A stretch of 64,000 nucleotides of DNA from Phoronis australis (taxonomy: Eukaryota; Animalia; Phoronida). Location: positions 396,991 through 460,990 of the forward strand of contig NMRA01000313.1 in assembly GCA_002633005.1 (NCBI GenBank), read 5' to 3'. Numbering within the stretch: position 1 is the stretch's first letter; every line of letters begins with the position of its first letter. Below, in pieces: positions 29,801 through 54,964 of this stretch. Position numbers and translations under genes: made by a program. Under the pieces are notes generated by a model. It saw only the letters and a program-made list of their open reading frames with translations. It was not told where the DNA came from and ran no database searches.

Positions 29801-32800
29801 GTTTGCTTCAACAAAATAATTTATTATTTAAAGTAGTGACATGGATGCATGGCAGAATACAATACAATAAAATATAACAATACAATACAATACAATAGAA
29901 AAACAAATAAACTTTACATGCAACACAACCCCAGCCTCTTGGGCGCATCAGTCACCTGAATACCAATCAACATCCAAACGGGCAACTCCTGCAACAACCT
30001 AGTGCCCTAATCAAAAATCTCGCAAGAGCTTCCGGCTAATTTAGAAACGAGTCTAGAAGGGAACATTCACTTGGGAAGTCTAGTCTTAAACTATTATATC
30101 TGGTGCAATCGAAAATAAAATGATTTTCGTCTTCATTCAAACTTTGGTTACATGCTGAAAATAATCTTTCATTTGATGGAGTTCCCAAAAACATCTTTAA
30201 TTACACCTCTAATGGCAACAAATTAGAGAATTCGGTAAATGAAGACTTAACTCCTACAAATAGGTCAGAGAAACAACCCCTCCCACCAATTTCTGAGAAT
30301 CCTGCAGCAAAATATCATACGACTCAGAAGGAGCACTGCCCAAAACCAGTCACGCGCAGCCTGAGTAAAGATGTTACGATAATCAGTATTCCCTCACAGC
30401 CTGAAATGTGTTAGTCAGTCAACAAGAGGCATTACTGAGACTTTTGACATCTCAATGGCGTATGATGTGTGCCAAAAAAGGAACCATGGACACCGACCTG
30501 CGCGTCTCCACTTCGAAGCCAACTACTCTGTACGTCTGTTCTTCGCCCGCTTTGGGTGACTCCGTGTGGTAAAGCATCACCAGATTGAGGTGGTTGAAGA
30601 TGTATGTCTACAACAGTCGACAGATGAACTCAGGGGTATCTAACGGCTAACACAACACTCGGCAACAATTGTCACAATTGTCTCTGCCAGGGATGCTTTA
30701 ACTGAGAAAGTAGACAAGCATAGGGTCATCGTTAAGCTGAGCATGGGTGTTCAGAAACAAAATCATGAGGGAGGGTGTTTAATCCAATGAGTGTAAGTCA
30801 ATGCAAAGAAAGTTGAAGTCATGTCGTCATGTCTGCATGTACACGGGTAAGGGTCAAAAACCATTCTGTTTCCAAGACTTCTATACCAAAATGTAGTATA
30901 CTGTTAGTCACTCATAACTGTAATTCTCTGTATAATGGAACACTTTTCAGATTCCACATTCCTGCTGCATAAATTGGCGGAGCGTATAACGGAGTGATGA
31001 CAATAAAATGACTTTCTTTTTCAATTGGGGTTGAGGATATAGCTGAACAAGGGTACTAATTTAAAAGTGACCGAATCAGCAATATTGTTTATTTATGATC
31101 AGCCCCAAGGTGGATTTGAACCCACGACCTCAGAAGTGGCCGACCAACGTTTTGGCAGTACTGGGAGCTAAAAGTAGACCAGTATTTTAACTGATAAGGC
31201 AACCGGCCTCAATTTCAGTCAATTCTATCAAATGACTGGAAGCCACCACCAGGAATTGGAGACTTCAGAAAACGAATGGACTTTGACATTTTATACCTCT
31301 GGTAAAGCTAATAACTTTAAAAGGAGAATGCCATCCGATTAATTAAGTCTTTTTTACCGTCTTTATTGGTCTATATTCACATCACCTCGTAAACGGTCGA
31401 TCTTACCTCCCACGCGTTTTGTGTGTTTAGAACTGAAAAAATCACAAGTTAAAAATTACAACACACAGCTTTGTTCTCCTAGTCCTATCTGTATTTCACG
31501 GACGAATAATTTGAATTTATCAGCGAACAGACCCCAAACTCCCGCAACCTTGGTAAACTGGTCTACCGAACTTTTTAGGCTACAGTACGTTCAAATACCT
31601 AAAACTCCGCAACAGCGAAATAAAATAACACGTCTGTTCAATAAGTCGATGTATTTGTAAGGTTTTTACATCGAATTTTGAGGATTTATTGGTGTAAATT
31701 GATGAATTCAAGCGATAAGCTGACACCAGTAAGCACGAGTATGAACTGCTGGACAGACTGCATTCAAACCTCCGACGTCATTGTTAATTTTAGCACCTCC
31801 GTCTGCCGTCAGGTGTCAGGTAAAAGAGCTGAACTTGCTGTTATCATGTGGAACTACTCGATCTGAATTGATACAAACTAGATTGTTTTTTGGGTGACAT
31901 TCTCCTTTAAGAACTTTATCCTAACCAATCATGATCCGAAAAAGCTTTTCACAGCCCTAAACCAAATGTATCCATTTTACTTGAAAAGATACAATACCAA
32001 AGGAATGCAACATTCGTAGTGAAGATTAGATATGAAATTTGGCAATCTCTAGCTGTTTGAAACTGAAGTCTCGGACTCAACTTCACATTTAGGCAACATG
32101 ACTCCCCATCCCCTCACAAATAGAAGTTCACTTCACTAGAACTCAACGTCCAGGCCCGAAGCCCTACCTTCCCTTGCTTCAAATAACCTAGCTTGAATCC
32201 GTGCTCATAGTTGGTCTTGCCATCCAGGATGTACCGGGTGGCCACTGGAAGGTTGTCCACAATCCTGCACAATAAAAACGGAGACATTCTATGAATAAAG
32301 GCGACTAGGACACACATTAAACAATTGTGAATCTTGCATGGCCCACACTTCCAATTTAAGATGCTTTTTCTAAATGTTTACACAATGTGCGCTAAGATGT
32401 ATGTGCCATATAACATATTTGGGCTACTGCATCAACCGATATCCTTGAAGTACATGTTAAAAGAAATCGGCAACAACCTTGTGCTCTTGAGATGAGCCCC
32501 AGATGTCATTCGATTATATACACGTCTGAGAACACTGAGCACACGCATACGATGAACACCAGAGGAGCATCAAACAATAAATTAGTTGGAACATAAACAC
32601 AACATAAGCCACCTCTTCACTAGACCTGTGACTAACAGGAAAGCAGAAAAGCATCACAGTGTCTGAAACCTTTTTTATAAGAATTACAATTTTTGCCATG
32701 TTTAACATTAGACAAACAAACAAGCAAGACAAACAGCAATATGGAATGAGAAATGGTTGTTGTGATTGGCAGTGGCTTGACCACTTTCGTATGTCAAGAA

Positions 32801-35800
32801 AAACAATCAATAGTTCTTAAGTTGCTGCGATTGACAGTCCCCAACTTGCATTTCAAAGACAACAGCCAATGACTGCAACGAAATTGTTAACATCGACAAG
32901 GGGACGGGACCAAATGAAACAATAATTCAAGTTCTTCAACTCTAGGTGATCTAAATACATACAAGTGTACAGAGTATCCCTGCTTGATTCGTTCTCTGAT
33001 CAGCTTGGATGATTCCATTGACAAAGTCTTCATTGCACATACACCGGCGCAGCCCTGATCTACGGCCATGGAGATCTGCAACGTTAACAAATATTCAGTG
33101 ATTTCGTAGACCCAAGGTACTCCTAAGTGCAGCTAGTCCAGTCACATGCTACACTCGTGTTATATGCAGGCAATTTACAAAGACTTTCCTAGCAAGAAAT
33201 TGGCTCCAAGGAATGAAACCCTGGTGTTAAAGTAACACTAAGGGTTGTCAGTGTGTCAACACAAAATTTACAATTTCACACTTCAAAATTGCACATATTG
33301 ACTTTTGAAACTTGTTCTTAATCAATCGAGGTCACAAAAGAAGAGGTTGTTGCCAACTTGACGAGCAAATTTGTGAACAAAATACCCCAAGATACATTTG
33401 TGTTAGCGTCTAAAAAAGGGAAAAGAACTTTTGCTGAAAACGATGTGAGCGAGTAAGGCTGCTCACGGGAGGTCCATCTGCATTGCATAGTAACTCCTAG
33501 TTGTTGGACAAAGATCAGTAGGCTTGCAGCCTCATTGCTTCCGCACAACAAGCGACGAGTTCTGCAATTCCAACTCACTAAGCTCAGCCTTCAGCAACAG
33601 TTTATCAGTCAGTCTCAAGTTCAGAAATCGCTCCTTTTCTGAGTAATCTCCAAATTTTATTATGTTTTCAATGATTATATTTTGTGTTGCTTCATAATCA
33701 CATCTAATGTTCATTATTTTTCTTTCCTCCAAGTAAATGTCTCTCACCAAGAGTGCTATTAATTTTTATATTACACAAATATTTCGTAATGACTACCATG
33801 GAAATCAGTTCTAAACTTTTTAGTGTTATCCTAGTATGCATATTTTGGTGTTGTCCTAGTATGCATATTCTGGTGTTATCCTAGTATGCATATTTTGGTG
33901 TTATCCTAGTATGCATTTTTGGTGTTATCCTAGTATGCACATTTTGGTGTTATCCTAGTATGCATACTTTGGTGTTATCCTAGTATGCATACTGTTTCGC
34001 TTATTTTAATCATATATTAACAATTTGTATTCTTCAATGTTTCTTTATTATTGTAAATGAATAAAAAAGAGAATGCTTCAGTCACATTAACCTTACGATA
34101 CCGATCCGATAAGTTTGTAGCATAAGAATGGTTGACTGACAGTCAAATGATCATCGTGAAATTATTGTAAGGGTCGGATAAATGTCTCCATAAACGAAAT
34201 CACCAGTTAGTGCAACCGATAAGATAAAAAATCGACCAATCATTAAAGTCATTAGGATAGATCTCTATCGGCAAAAACAATCAAGCATCGATTGTCGTGT
34301 GAGTTACGCATACGATAAAAAATAATTGTAGGTAGACTGGTTCACGTTGTACAAGACACGCGCAGGCCGCTCGTCAGAGTCCATTGCACTGATAACCTGG
34401 AACCATGTTTATGCTTTATAACAGCTAATAGTTAAAACCGAGCTGAGGAGCTAGAGACCTGAGTCAGGGGTCTAGCACTGTGCCCCAGTGGGACACAAAC
34501 CCACAAACTTGAGTACAGGAAGCAGACACTCATCCCACTAGGCCACACTGTCTCCTCAAGGCATAAGTTAGGTGCTGAGACAAACTTTGAAGTGGTAAAT
34601 GGGCCAATTCAAAGAATAGTCCAAGACTTTTTGCTCTAAGAATTTCCGAAATGAAAAGGAGCGCACGGCAGTGTCGCTTACATTCAAAGGTGTGTTGACG
34701 ATGCGGTCCCCTCTTAACACTTCACCTGAAACATAAAATAAAGACATGATATTGATAACGGTCACATCATAGAATTTGCTGTAATGACTTTGATTTGCGT
34801 AAGGTAACAGATTGAGTATGTGAACGAGGGATTACTAAGCAAACATAATGCTGCACACACGTCATATAAAACCAATACCAATCTTGGGGCAAATACACCA
34901 CGTGGACATATTTCCTAAAGCTATTGTTAATAAATAACCTGTATAAAATTTCATTCTGCCGTAATTGCCAGAATTGTACTTTGTCCAGTTCTCAAAAGCT
35001 GTTTAAAACAAACTATACTACTGATGACAATTTGGTTGAAGTTGCATTTCGTCCCTGTGTAGCTGTCAGTGTTGAATTCTTAACCGAAGTGTGCTGGGGT
35101 TTAAATACATTACCACAGTCATCCAATCTTGAATTATTGCCGAATGAGCCGGCACCTAAAGTCACAGACAATGTGTACGCACGCGACATCTCTGAATGTG
35201 TAATTTACATGGTTGGCTAACATCAATTAACATTGACATGTTTCGTCCAGTTGCTAAAGATTTACTGCATTATTGTACAGCTGCCAACCCGTATGAGAAA
35301 TATTCGTAACGTCTATCAAAATGCCCTGAAACTACAATTGTCAGTCTTGAATCATACTCAACAAATGATGAATAAAAACTTGGCTCACCACACTGTTGTA
35401 TTGTGGTCCTTACTTGACGAAAGTTTTAGTAAATACCGATACTTCGGCAATTTCTAATCCAGAGAGATGTTGCCGCCATGAGTGATGAAGTTGGTGCGAA
35501 GAAATACACTGCATTCCCTTCAGTTTTCTAAACGTTATCAAAATTCCTTGGAATTTGCTCGTCTCAAAAGTTCTGCACTTGACAGCTTGACATACATTAC
35601 AAAGCTGGTGATATCCGCCAATGCTAAATCAAGTAAGCTCGCTTTTCACATACTAACTGACCAATCCCGAAAGGGGAAGCTTGATACGCATCATACAGTG
35701 GTCTCTACAATATGCATTCTCGGTCAAACCATGTGCTCTCGAGCATTTGCTGGATTTTTATGCCTTAAACTATGCCGATGCCTGTCTAATTATTTTTTCA

Positions 35801-38800
35801 AGCCTTAAAAGTAAACAAATACAAATAAATCCTTAATATTGGCAGCCCTGTATTGTAATGAGCTTTTCCGCGAAGCTACATTGCATCGAACAAAGGAACA
35901 GTGAATGAACAACAGGTCACCTGTTTTGGGAAGCAAGTAATTAAGAGCTAAAATGCAAACGTGTGTAGTGTTTTGGCTGAACCTACCGAGATTCTCAGTC
36001 TTGTACTCCACCACTTGTGGTTTACAGAATGGCAGGGAATAGTAGTCGTATGGTAGTTGGGTGATCACGCTGGTCATTTTGACTGCCTGGATAACATGAG
36101 AAGTACCGTTATTGTCAGTGAGTTAAAAGGATGCTAAACCGTTTTGGTAATTTCACACAATCCTCGTTCTGTCACCTGCTAATGCCTAATTGACACCCCA
36201 CCTGACTGATAAAGGTAGGATTCAACTGAAAACTCGTACTCTCTGCGTCACAGATGGTTCTTGATGGGTAGTCTTTCCCTACAGTTGTCGTGTAACTCGC
36301 CTAAAGCGTAGGTCAGTTTACCGAGAAGTTGTAAGGAGTTCTCAGACTTTGCTCCAAACTCTAAAGGATCATCGATGGTTACAGAGCATTATTTTGCTTC
36401 AGAGAACTCGATGTGACAGTCGTTTTCGATAACTGTTCATAGGCCAGAACCAGGTTTAACATCCTTTTAATGGCGTAGAGAAACAACGTGTTCGAAATTC
36501 ATTTCATTTCCCACACCAATTAGGTCAAGCCGAAATCAGAAAGCCTGAAAGTTGCAATTCATCAAGTACGAAACGATTCTTCATTTCTAAAGCTTACATC
36601 CTGGAACATAATTTAATTCACAGATTTACTGGTTGGGGTGCAAGTTGCCCGTGTTTGCATAGTGCGGAAGTCACCTGACCTCCATAGACTCATTTACCGA
36701 CTGAGAATGTAATAAAGCCTGATTACAGTGCTAAAGTATTTTTTTTAAGACTACATGGGAGACCACTTCTCACTGAAGAGGCGACGCAGAGTAAAGCAAA
36801 CTGAATAAGTCGCGACTCACCCTCACGTCCACACGATCACCCTTTTTGAACTCCACAGGAGCCACACCAGGTACATAGAACCCACTGGCAGGCTGGAACA
36901 TGACCTCAAGTAGTGCAAAGACCAGTGGCGACATCTGGAATGAGCAAAAACCTTTACACTCAGGGACAATACAGGATACGGTAAAGTAGAGCAGTGAACC
37001 TCTACTCCCATTAAAGAAGTGGGATTCCAAGGGAATTTCAAGTATGCACAGGAACGGGGTAATTTATCTAAAAATCTGTACTCTGAACTGAGGTGAAATG
37101 TCAATAAATGCTCAGACTTGAGGTAATGTAGGACTTCTGTGTTAGCATGACACCTGTTGGTCATCATCGGTACTAGTGCGTTCGTATAATTTGGTCATAC
37201 CTTATCTTGTCCGGGACCATGAATTCCAAGAACTTTACCTTGGCCAGATTTGTCATGTGACACCCTCTAAAAATAGTGGGCCACCTCGTGGTTTCGGTAG
37301 TTCGGTCACTTTTTCTAGTGTCGTACAGATGCGACATTTCGGCCCGACCAAATTCAATCAAAGCGAAGCTCGCAGTTATGAATGTGGAAGCCCACTAAGG
37401 TTTAGTCCCTTAAACTTTCGGCTATATCTCTAAATTCACCCCCATTTACTCCAAAAGCAAGTGATCGTTCTCGTATAAGTTCTCCCCACAAACGCAAGGG
37501 CTTAATGGTCCAAAAAAACGCATCAATCACAAACGCACCCTCCATGCACTTACACCCCAGAACAAAGACCGACAATGTCCAACAACGCAACTCAAGATTG
37601 TTTGTGAGTAAACGTACTAGCAACTGCACTCTTTTGTTTAGTTAATAAATGCTGCATACTTTATACTACAACATGGTGACTGTTTCCTTTGACTTAAAAG
37701 TTTGTTCGTTTAAGCACTAAAATAGTTCACAAGTGCTGTCCGGGCTCGATAACAAGACGCAAACGAGCGTCACGATTACAATAGCAAAACAGAAGGCACA
37801 TCCATAACAATTTAATTAACAACATGAACAAACATCCTTTGACATAAATGTTCAAGATGAAATCTAACAAATGCTGTTACAATCCTCTAAATTATCACAC
37901 GTGAAATTCCTAGTCCCAAGAGCACGGATATACCCGGGTTTCAAAACCCTGCTCGCCATCTGGGCGAGTGAGCCAGAAAATCTACTCACCCAGCCCGAAG
38001 TTCAGTCGCCAGGCCGTTTGCATCCAACCATAAACTTGCTGCCAGTGTAAATAAAAATCATTGTTTCGTGCGTTGATGTCACCATCTATTAGGGCTACCG
38101 TATTCAACTTAATAAGTGCCCAGGTGCTTAGAAAAATTTGTTTCGGAAGCAGGGGGGCGCTTGTTGAAACCTGGTCTCCGAAACAGATAAAATCGGAAGC
38201 TAGGATTCATCAAATTTATGCGCTGTGACGTATCAGTAACCTATGACAGACTTTCTACAAAACTGTGGTGCATTGCTATCAAACTTTTTTGTTATTACGA
38301 TATTTAAAACAAAATGTGCTGAAATCCCAGGGCGAAAACTTGCCGACTGATGCATCACTGCCTCGCGATCGTCGATAGGGCAACTTGAATTCTTGAGTAA
38401 AAATACAGTTCCGACATAAGTTTTCCAAATAGCAACCCTAAGATTTTTAAGTTCCTGTGGGGTCAGGATTAACCGCAGATAAAGTCCAAATCTGTGCTAG
38501 ATCGCAGCCCACAACACGAGAAAAATTTGGACGAACACACATGGTGTTGTCACGTGACATTTGTTTTGAAGTTAGTCTGCCGGTGTGCGCCGAGTGAGCG
38601 AGCGCCTGCATGTCTTAAGAGTTCATTTGCCAGAGTAGCAGGCATACATATACGTCTAGGCGCTAGCACGTGCTTCTTGGCCACGTGCTCATTAACACTG
38701 GTCAAGTTTCGATTCGTGGTTTTTACGTATACAAAGCAAGCTGGATTACTGTTGAGGAACATATTGAACATCTTTACGGAAAGATATAATTCAATCCCAT

Positions 38801-41402
38801 TGACCAGTACGCTGCGTCTGTTCTGGAAGGCCTGACCATAGTGGGATACGTTTCTTGCAAGATCAGTAAAACTATTGCATTCTTTTTGAAGCACTGCGGA
38901 AGTTTGAAGGGTACAGCCACGGCTAAATACCAACATAGCGGCGAGGCTCGTGGTCTAGAAAATCCGCGCACAATGATTTTCAGGACTATCAGATATTATC
39001 ATTAAATTGAAGACATTACTGTAGATTTTTAGAACTGTAGGTAAGGCATTTTTCACATATGCACACATTCATGGACTGGGCGCTTATTATAGCGAAGTCT
39101 GAAAACGAGTAGGGGCGCTTATAGGGGCATGGGCACTTATTAGGACAAATGTTATTATTTATAAAATAACATCGGCTAAAATGACATTGTATATTACAAT
39201 AAATCAGTTCCAAGAAATATGGTATTTCACTTGCTGTGAGCACATAGACCGGTCTTTCGCCTTCCCCCCTTTTCTTCAGTTCAGACTAGTCCACAAATTC
39301 CTTTGTGCACGACCTCACACTGTGATCTTTTGTCTAGACGAATCGCGCAATGGGTGACATCTACTGAATCAGTAGGATCGCACTGCGCCAATGTTTTTTA
39401 ATACTGGAGCATCGACATGCTGACCTAACTGAATCTTAAATTCATGATAAAACAGCACAAGGAGGAGAAATTTTATTCATGTTCATCTGGGAAACGATAT
39501 AGTGCTTTAGTGCTCTGAAAATTCGCTCGCCACCTGGGCGACTGGCAAGTCAACTTCTACTCGCCCAGCACCATTTTTACTCGCATTGAGGTTATTGTTT
39601 ACAATCCGACTCCATTAACGTACATACTTGATACTACTATTTTCTGAATCCTCAAGTCATGGTGATTCCAAAAATGTATTACTTGTATTGATTGGTCGAT
39701 TATTAATCACAATTCCGAGTTTTTCCAAAGCGTTCATTTGCAACGCGGACTTAGTGAGGCAGCCATTTTTGAAAGTGCTACCTGTCGGCAGGATTTATAA
39801 CTAACGGTTAACCGCGAGATGTCAAGTGTTTTCAAGGACGACATTTGTCCACGAGAACACACTCTCATGTTATTTCTAATGAAGTTTTGAAGAAGGAATC
39901 CTTTATAAATGACTATTACTGTTTTTTACTCAGAGTTTCCCTAACTTGCCACACGTAATCTTCAACATACTAGCCAATTTTGGAGTCTTTTTGACACACG
40001 CATGATTGTTGTAGTTATCAATCCTGCCGACAGGTGTCGCAGTTTTATAATGGCGGTCACTCGAGATCGGCTGCCGTAAATGAACACCTCGTAAAAACGG
40101 TGAATGCATGAATAAAAAGAGCCTAATCGGTACCACAGGCGTCCTCAGCTTCTGATCGTCCCCAATACACTACATATAATACTACAAGGTATGACACTTC
40201 GGACTTGAAATTCCACGGGTGCTTCACTTCAGCCGTCCATAGCAAACATAAAACTCAATAAATTTGCACAAAACAGGGGTTCAACAAACCATGAAGAATT
40301 GTTCTTTCTCCCAATACCATTCACGGTGTCCTGTTACGGCGACTTCGTAAGAAATTCGCAGTCAAAGAACAAAAATGTTCACAAAAAGCCCCCACACACG
40401 TTCTCCCTAGGCCCGTCGAGGTCAAGGACGGTTACGGAAATTGCCGGTGAGTTACGGAAGTAGCGACATCGTGACTTTACGCGACAAAGCGGCAATTTCC
40501 GTACCGTCCTTGACCTCGACGGGCCTAGGGAGAACGTGTGTGGGGTTTTTTTGTGAACATTTTTGTTCTTTGACTGCGAATTTCTTACGAAGTCGCCGTA
40601 ACAGGACACCGTGAATGGTATTGGGAGAAAGAACAATTCTTCATGGTTTGTTGAACCCCTGTTTTGTGCAAATTTATTGAGTTTTATGTTTGCTATGGAC
40701 GGCTGAAGTGAAGCACCCGTGGAATTTCAAGTCCGAAGTGTCATACCTTGTAGTATTATATGTAGTGTATTGGGGACGATCAGAAGCTGAGGACGCCTGT
40801 GATCGGTACAAGTAATACATTTTTGGAATCACCATGATCACCCTGACGAGAGGATTCAGAAAATATTAATATCAAGTATGTACATTAATGGAGTCGGATT
40901 GTAAACAATAACCTGCTTTGGCATCTTTGGCGACTGGATGAATGGCTAAGACGTATATCCCTGCAAGAGTCATTCTAAGGGAAGCCTAAGTCGTCTAGTT
41001 GAAAAAGGTTGGTTAAAATTTATATTTGATTAAGTAAAGTGAAAATTTTTTATCAACGTGAACGTGAGAACTTGAGTGAACGTGTCAGTTTTCCACGTGC
41101 ATTTCAATTTCACACATACGCAATCTTGAGACTTAACAAGATTCCATCTTTCCAAGAGCAGAGCAGTGCTGTCTATCTGCGATACCCGACGCCGACGGCG
41201 ACAGGTTACGTGTCTGCGGCCGGTTGAAAAGAAATCAAAGGGTTTCAGGGTACACGAAAAACAGTCTAAAAGTATTAAATTTTACTTATCAGATTCTTAA
41301 TAAACTGATTAGTAGAACACTATAGTTCAAACAATAAGCCAAACACGCAGTTACCTTAATGGTGCAAAATTTGACGGAACTTCGCCTGTAAGCGACAGCC
41401 AT
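17868..41402 (-). CDS. TM9SF4: Transmembrane 9 superfamily member 4 (nonaspanin), 18 coding exons, 633 aa
   Basis: Exons in transcript order: 41355-41402, 36821-36934, 35987-36086, 34682-34725, 32963-33075, 32168-32264, 30498-30607, 29546-29622, 28990-29142, 27596-27666, 26369-26501, 25355-25436, 24613-24772, 23963-24058, 22143-22222, 21626-21809, 19517-19606, 17868-18017; total 1902 nt, all GT-AG, phases consistent. Diagnostic motifs [97 protein letters not shown]-terminal [10 protein letters not shown]. Exon 1 ([25 protein letters not shown] context) is the least certain; exon 2 also begins with an in-frame ATG. Confidence 0.93.
19910..20175. repeat. Dispersed repeat family (old DNA-transposon remnant), other copies at ~10700-10835 and ~26015-26240
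   Basis: Shared blocks GAAATCTCAAAAAA, GCAGAACAGTGCAT, AGCCATTTCTGAGATA, CCAAATTT(A/G)GACATTCTTC; inverted fragments (GCACTG.TCTCCAAA) at ~5590, ~20722 and ~51727. Confidence 0.6.
21292..21640 (-). repeat. ~75-bp alternating tandem repeat carrying copies of the TM9SF4 exon-16 end and donor site
   Basis: Four degenerate copies of (minus strand) ACAAGGTTGTATATC.TCAG..GTGCAGTGAG|GT(A/G)GG downstream of the real CAGCTGTGCAGTGAG|GTAGG donor. Confidence 0.85.
22720..23195 (+). mobile_element. Helentron/DINE-like non-autonomous element
   Basis: Repeated CCAAATTT motifs, TTGAGATAAT, and a degenerate (GAC[AGT])n/(GATG)n microsatellite near the 3' end, an architecture typical of invertebrate HINE/DINE elements. 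Confidence 0.45.
28215..28874 (+). mobile_element. Possible solo LTR
   Basis: TGTCACG...TGTGACG inverted termini (3' end CG rather than CA), cluster of nGAAn/nTTCn motifs (~28413-28522), TATAAA at 28591; no TSD seen. Confidence 0.4.
29160..29285. repeat. 24-bp minisatellite x5 next to the TM9SF4 exon-9 acceptor
   Basis: Unit AACACAGCTATGACTGCAGTGAGC; explains the repetitive TAVIAVLL / QHSYDCSE ORFs. Confidence 0.92.
31101..31150 (-). mobile_element. tRNA-derived SINE head fragment
   Basis: Minus strand GAGGTCGTGGGTTCAAATCCACC (B-box/T-arm-like); no complete cloverleaf. Confidence 0.4.
33823..33992. repeat. 25-bp minisatellite x~7
   Basis: Unit GTGTTATCCTAGTATGCATATTTTG. Confidence 0.92.
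34440..34557 (-). mobile_element. tRNA-derived SINE copy 2
   Basis: Shares GAGCTAGAGACC..GGGTCTAGCACTGTGCCCCAGTGGGAC with copy 1; A-box-like TGGCCTAGTGG on the minus strand. Confidence 0.7.
38098..39155 (+). mobile_element. Tc1/mariner (pogo-like) non-autonomous element, TA|CCGTATT end
   Basis: Starts TA-CCGTATTC..ATAAGTGCCC, GGGGCGCTTAT repeats at the 3' end; ~550 bp colinear with 45231-45800 (GGAAGCTAGGATTCATCAAATTTA, GAAATCCCAGGGC, GAAAAA.TTGGACGAACACACAT). Confidence 0.7.
39589..40914. mobile_element. Non-autonomous DNA transposon with ~120-bp TIRs (host of the foldback element)
   Basis: AGGTTATTGTTTACAATCCGACTCCATTAA... / ...TTAATGGAGTCGGATTGTAAACAATAACCT; TIR similarity extends through GGTGATTCCAAAAATGTATTACTTGTA. 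Confidence 0.8.
40134..40801. mobile_element. Young foldback element (313/312-bp arms, 43-bp spacer), CA...TG ends, 8-bp TSD
   Basis: 40134-40446 is the near-perfect reverse complement of 40490-40801; TSD ATCGGTAC at 40126-33 and 40802-09; the termini and TSD length are compatible with the P or hAT superfamily. Confidence 0.92.
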
Positions 41403-41810
41403 TTTGGATATTTTACGTGGAAGGGTCACACTTTTTTTGAAACTATATGAAAGATGCCACTAACACCTTATTTTAGTAGCAATTCAAATTAATACTAAAA
41501 AATATATATTAACTGTATAAATAACGAAGAACTGGTGAAAAATGAAGTCTCGTAAAAACGTAATATTAGCCGAGTCCACTTTTAAAGGGAGTGGTTTCTT
41601 ATTAACTGGGACTTGTCTGCTTTCAGAATATCAAAATTTTTGTTAGGTGAAAAAGGGATTGAAATTCTCACCTATGTTTTATATAGTTATGAAAAATTTG
41701 GGGCCTTGTTAAGATTATGTTCCATATAGATTACAGTTGACATCCTTAACCCCTTATAAAAAAGAAATGAACCCTACCCTACCTCACATCGTACATTTCT
41801 CTTCCTTTCC
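41403..41810. promoter_or_regulatory. Bidirectional promoter TM9SF4/RPS20 with TATA-like box and TCT/5'TOP initiator for RPS20
   Basis: Divergent ATGs at 41402(-) and 41913(+); TATAAA at 41755-41760; pure pyrimidine tract TTCTCTTCCTTTCC at 41797-41810, typical of ribosomal-protein TSS; YY1-like GCCATTTT overlapping the TM9SF4 start codon. Confidence 0.75.
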
Positions 41811-41852
41811 AAGATCCCGCGTGCTCATCGCAGGTGTTGTCTACACAAGCCA

Positions 41853-41900
41853 CTGGCTCACCGCTGTTCACAGATTCTTAACGTTGATCAAGTCGGCCAG
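41853..41900 (+). promoter_or_regulatory. Putative conserved RNA stem-loop in RPS20 5'UTR
   Basis: CTGGCT(41853-58) pairs with GGCCAG(41895-900); TGTTC pairs with GATCA (one mismatch); the CTCACCGCTGTTC and CAAGTCGG motifs match my recollection of the human RPS20 5'UTR. Confidence 0.6.
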
Positions 41901-41912
41901 AAATAATCAATA

Positions 41913-54752
<12,840 letters not shown>

Positions 54753-54964
54753 AATGGACATTCTTGATCTTTGTTTGTTCATTGGTGAGAGGCATCAATA
54801 AAGGCTTTAAGAAAGTGACTACGGTTTTTGTTGACTATTCTACATCAGCAAGCAGTATCAAACATTTGGTGATACACCCCAGGTTCCTAAACAAAGGCAG
54901 TTGACGAATCTGTGGCTGACAAATAGATTGTCTGCCTTAGTTGAAAATTCCATGTGATATTACA

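Noticed and set aside
33823-33992. Regularly repeated 25-mers (also the arrays at 14663, 52167 and 58607) as a CRISPR array
   Set aside because: Units are contiguous with no unique spacers, there are no cas genes, and the context is eukaryotic.
36931-36934. TM9SF4 starting at the exon-2 ATG (MSPLVFALL...)
   Set aside because: This ATG directly follows a TTCCAG acceptor, and a phase-0 upstream exon with a strong start context exists at 41355-41402; retained only as an alternative start.
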